Assembly (NCBI GenBank): GCA_964016885.1
Contig: OZ024746.1
Location: forward strand, 81,530,001-81,594,000
Source: Eledone cirrhosa
Lineage: Eukaryota
Direction of reading: 5' to 3'
Length of the DNA: 64,000 bases
The notes under the pieces were generated by a model. That model was not told where the DNA came from and did no database searches. It worked only from the letters and a program-made list of their open reading frames with translations. A program made the translations under genes and the position numbers. Positions 59,840 to 64,000 of this stretch are shown here, piece by piece. Position 1 is the first letter of the stretch; the number at the start of each line of letters is the position of its first letter.

Positions 59840-61156
59840 AGACATTTCCACAGTTTCCGCCTTCTAAATTTCACTCCGGAGCCTATGGTAGAAGATATTT
59901 TTTAAGGTGAGGCAATGTGTCTCGAAACGAACTTCTTTAAAATGTGGTTATGCCTTAAACATGATCTACAATTTTTATTTTTTTTAAATAGAAGTTATTG
60001 ACGTTTACCTGAAAGTATAAGTGGCATAATAAATATCAAATTATTATCTTTAACTGGGGCCATAGAGCAACGTGTTCAAAATTTCATCGGTAGATAATAT
60101 TCATTCTAACATTGACACATGGCCAGCAATTTGTATGCAGAGGACAGTCGATTCTTTCGATTCCAGTACTTAACTGGTACTTCTACGGAAGAAAAAAAAA
60201 AGGTAAGCTTGATCTCGGCGGAATTTAAACTCAGAATATAGTAAGTTGGTATTAGATATCGCAAATCATTTGCTCCGGTGTTTTACCGATTCGGCCAATC
60301 CACAGCCATATAGGAGCTAATACCGGAAACACTACTATGTTGTCGGCATCTCGGTTTACTGTGCCAAAAACAACGGTATTTTGCTAAAGTCGAGATTTCT
60401 TTAGTTATTAATATCGTCCATTTTATTAATACTGTCCATGACGAACTTGAAGTACGTAAAAGAGGTGACATCATTCATATTTACAAACAATGAAATACTT
60501 TTAGGATAGGTTTTACTTTGTTTCTTGTAATTCATATTTTTAGATCATCAGAAAGCAATCCTTTTTTTTTCCAGTTTATGAATTAATAAGGGAGGAAATC
60601 AAATGATATCTGAAAAAAACTAGTGATGGTTCGTGTCGGAGAAATCAACATAAAAAAATAGTAACCAAAAGCAACGTTAGAACTTTAATGTCTTCACATT
60701 ATACAAATATGTCTTATGTACATAAGATTTTTTAATTCTCTTCTTACCTAGGTAAAATGTCAACAGTTGTAAAGCTGGTGTTTTTTACTGGCTTAGTCAG
60801 AGGAGACATATCAGCGACGATGACATTTTCAGGACCCCAGTGCATGGCGGGGTGATGGATGGGGCATGAAACAACAACTTATGAATTGCTTCACGAAGAA
60901 AAATCGCATCAAAATATCGTGCTATTCTCAAACTGGAAACCCCGTCTGGATATTTACAACAGTGTGGACTTTGCTAAACATACCAAAGTCCCACGTGATA
61001 GCGGTAGAGGTGATGGTAAACAGATTAGATCTGTCACACAAATACTATATTAAGCTTTAAAATGGAAGGCACTTAAACATTTATCATTAATTTCATCGAT
61101 CGATAATGTTAGAAAAAAATATTTTTGTGTTAGAAATCAATTTAATCGACCCACTG

Positions 61157-61372
61157 TGGCGGCTTGGCAGTATCGATAGAGCGTCGGACAAAATGCTTTG
61201 TGGCATATAGTTACGTCCCTTTATGTTTAGAGTTCAAATCCCACCGAGGTTAGCTTTGTCTTTCATCATTACGGTGTCGATAAAATAAAGTACCAGAAAC
61301 GCACTGGGATCGATTTAATTGACTTTCCCCTCTCCCCAAAATGTTTGTCCTAGTTCGTAAGTTAGAAACCAT
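61157..61372 (+). mobile_element. Full-length Meta-like SINE
   Basis: A-box tggcagtatcg, B-box gagttcaaatccc, conserved core. Confidence 0.82.
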
Positions 61373-62092
61373 TAATTTAATCAATCCGCTAAAAGTCACA
61401 TATGACTATCTATAGTGAATTGACAACCAGTAGCTGAACATAAAAGCAACTCTGTCTCCCAAACGACGACGAGAAAGGTCCACGATATTGCAGCTGACAT
61501 TGTGATTATCAATTAACTGGATATAGTTCAATACATTTATCACAGGAACACATTCATGACTATTAATCTATTATCACTTGACTACGACATCAGTTGCTGT
61601 TGCTTAGATAGATCCCCGCTGAACAGAAATTGGATTGAACACATTGTCAAGTTTACTAATTGCAACCACTGGGGACATCAGAAACTCAACTTCTAGAACT
61701 AACAGTGCATACCATGCCTTAGAGAAATGATAAGATGACTGCAATACTTACATTCGCAACGCCCAATTTAGAGAACATTATCACACAGCACATCTCTCGG
61801 TACAGAGTCAGAGATTGTGGTAAAAATAAACAAATAGTAATTTTCTTATGTTCCCTGGATATTTTTCCTGGTTCTGAGACAGCCAGACAGTTGGAGTATC
61901 ATATCCACAGTACTACACCCCTACCTAAAGCCCTGCTTACTCTGGCTAGATAGCGTATGAAAGGCAAGGGTTGATTCTATCACGGTTGAGACGAATCGGA
62001 TTCTTACTAGCAGCAGAGGGATGAAAAATACAATTGTAGTTATAATAATTTAGTTTCTTTTACAAGCGCAATAAAGAGGCTTCTTTGGGTGC

Positions 62093-62145
<53 letters not shown>

Positions 62146-62162
62146 CGCACTCAAAGGAGCCT

Positions 62163-62241
<79 letters not shown>

Positions 62242-62247
<6 letters not shown>

Positions 62248-62495
62248 TAACAGATTAAAGTTTAAGCAAAATAATCTCTTCCTGTCTTCCTTCGGTTGCA
62301 ACGTTTTTTGAAATATTCACTTCTGCGTTCACAGATTGACTTTGTTAGTTTCAGAAGATCCCGTTAAGGGTGAAAGCAGCGATTCTTTGCTTAAACTTTA
62401 ATCTGTTATTTTAATAAATATTTGCTCTACGGTTCTTATATATTTGATATATATTTATCCTTATCGAGCCCTCTTTGGATTTTAGTCTTCAAATT

Positions 62496-62498
<3 letters not shown>
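62242..62498 (+). mobile_element. PLE-like fragment, family J, with inverted arm (homolog at 45093-45365)
   Basis: Inverted 62242-62270 vs 62386-62415; hammerhead-like cagaaga-tccc..ggg-tGAAA with mutated core. Confidence 0.55.
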
Positions 62499-62578
<80 letters not shown>

Positions 62579-62590
62579 CTCCCAAAGTAT

Positions 62591-62727
<137 letters not shown>

Positions 62728-62868
62728 TGTTATACTTTGGGAGGGTCATGTTGCCAATAAAAAACACACGCACCAGTTGCTTTCACTTCAATTTATTATA
62801 ATAAATTTATAAATTTATAAATTTCTGGTTGGTTGGTTGGTTCCACAACCAGATAGTTGTTTATATAT

Positions 62869-62913
62869 AGTCATAGTTCTTTCGTCACACACTCTGTGAC
62901 CTCTTCAGTGACT
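62869..62913 (-). ncRNA. Minimal hammerhead ribozyme (family G)
   Basis: Minus strand: agtca-CTGAAGA-ggtcaca(gagtg)tgtgac-GAAA-gaac-TA-tgact. Confidence 0.82.
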
Positions 62914-63113
62914 GGGGATTCCTTTCTTTGTTTCTGTGCTTCTCCTTTGTTCTGTCCTACGCTATTTTGTTTCTGTGTGTGTGTTGTGTGCTCAGTCTGC
63001 GCATGCGCCACATCCGGGTGTCTGTGTGTGTTTATGTTCATTTATTTATTTGTTTATTTACATGTTACTGGTTGGTTGTTTGTTCTATGTGTGTGTGTGT
63101 TTTCATTTTGTCC

Positions 63114-63496
63114 TTAATTGTAAGTTGTGATGTTGCTGTTCCACTCATATTTTCTATTTAATTTTGGTTGTAATTCTTTTATGTTTATTGCCTCTGTAAT
63201 TTGTCTAAACATTGCGTCTTTTCTGTGTGTAGATTCTATTTTTATTTCTATGTACTCTAATTTACCCTTGTGTTCTATCTTAGCATGTTGGTAGAGTACA
63301 GATGATTCTTTATTATCTTGAAGGTCTCGCCAGTGTTCATTTATCCGTTCCCCTACACTACGAGCTGTCTCACCTATGTACACTATATTTTTGTCTCTAC
63401 ATTGTCCTTCAGTACATCTTATGCTATACACTACATTTCTAGTTTTACAGTTAATATGGGGGCTTATTTTACAGGTTATACATTTCTTATCTATAC
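63114..63496 (-). pseudogene. Penelope GIY-YIG endonuclease domain, open frame but 5'-truncated
   Basis: C..C...C.TRNVVY.I.C...C...YIGET.R....R..EH...S.L..H...H...R.I.EAI.I....P.LN. Confidence 0.9.
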
Positions 63497-63585
63497 ATTG
63501 GCAACATGACCCTCCCAAAGTATAACAATATCGGTTTCAACACACGATTTCAGATAAAGAATCTTGCTAAACAAATTCAGAAACG

Positions 63586-63639
<54 letters not shown>

Positions 63640-64000
63640 GCTTAGACGTGGCAGTACGGTTAAGGAATTTGTTTCGCAAACACGTGTGGCTATGGGTCCA
63701 ACCACACTGCGCAACACTTTGGTCAACTGTCTTGCACTTTAGTCTTGTGTTGATCAATAATGCCTTGTGATACAGGAGACAGAACTGAAGAATGCTAGTC
63801 TTATACGTGTGTGTGTGTGTGCGTGTGTGTGCGTGTGTGTGCGCGGGGCGCGCGCGCGTGTTTGACTCCATATTTATGGAATCAATAAAAGGATACAAGA
63901 AAATTATGTGTCTGCGTGCACGTCTGCGTGTGTGTACCTGTGTGATAACCATCAGGCAAACACATGCAGACGTATGTGTGCATGCGTTTGAGGGTAAATG

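Noticed and set aside
63497-63518. N-terminus of the GIY-YIG ORF as a real start, or a stand-alone host nuclease gene
   Set aside because: These codons derive from the inverted element tail; the domain is a truncated PLE.

Overview
AT-rich, repeat-saturated animal genomic DNA, intronic or intergenic. I found no intact host protein-coding gene. The repeat families (Meta-domain-like and V-domain-like tRNA SINEs, CORE-like SINE remnants, very dense (TA)n/(CA)n/(ATGT)n) resemble those of Octopus genomes; this is an inference. Almost all ORFs in the track are microsatellite artefacts. The recognisable coding remnants all come from transposons: a CR1-type LINE (11.8-13.3 kb), RTE fragments, a hAT transposase (17.1-18.2 kb), an R4/Dong-like RLE LINE (57.0-58.6 kb) and a Penelope GIY-YIG endonuclease (63.1-63.5 kb). 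The standout signal is at least 13 minimal hammerhead-ribozyme cores from 7 sequence families, plus about 3 families with partial cores. They sit in short elements inserted into (TA)n microsatellites. Most of these elements are head-to-head palindromes with both 3' ends pointing into the TA tract, and one is physically linked to the Penelope endonuclease. Also present are tandem non-autonomous Helitrons, a bipartite RTE-derived element in (ATGT)n, a 40-bp minisatellite, MITEs and same-strand SINE stacks.
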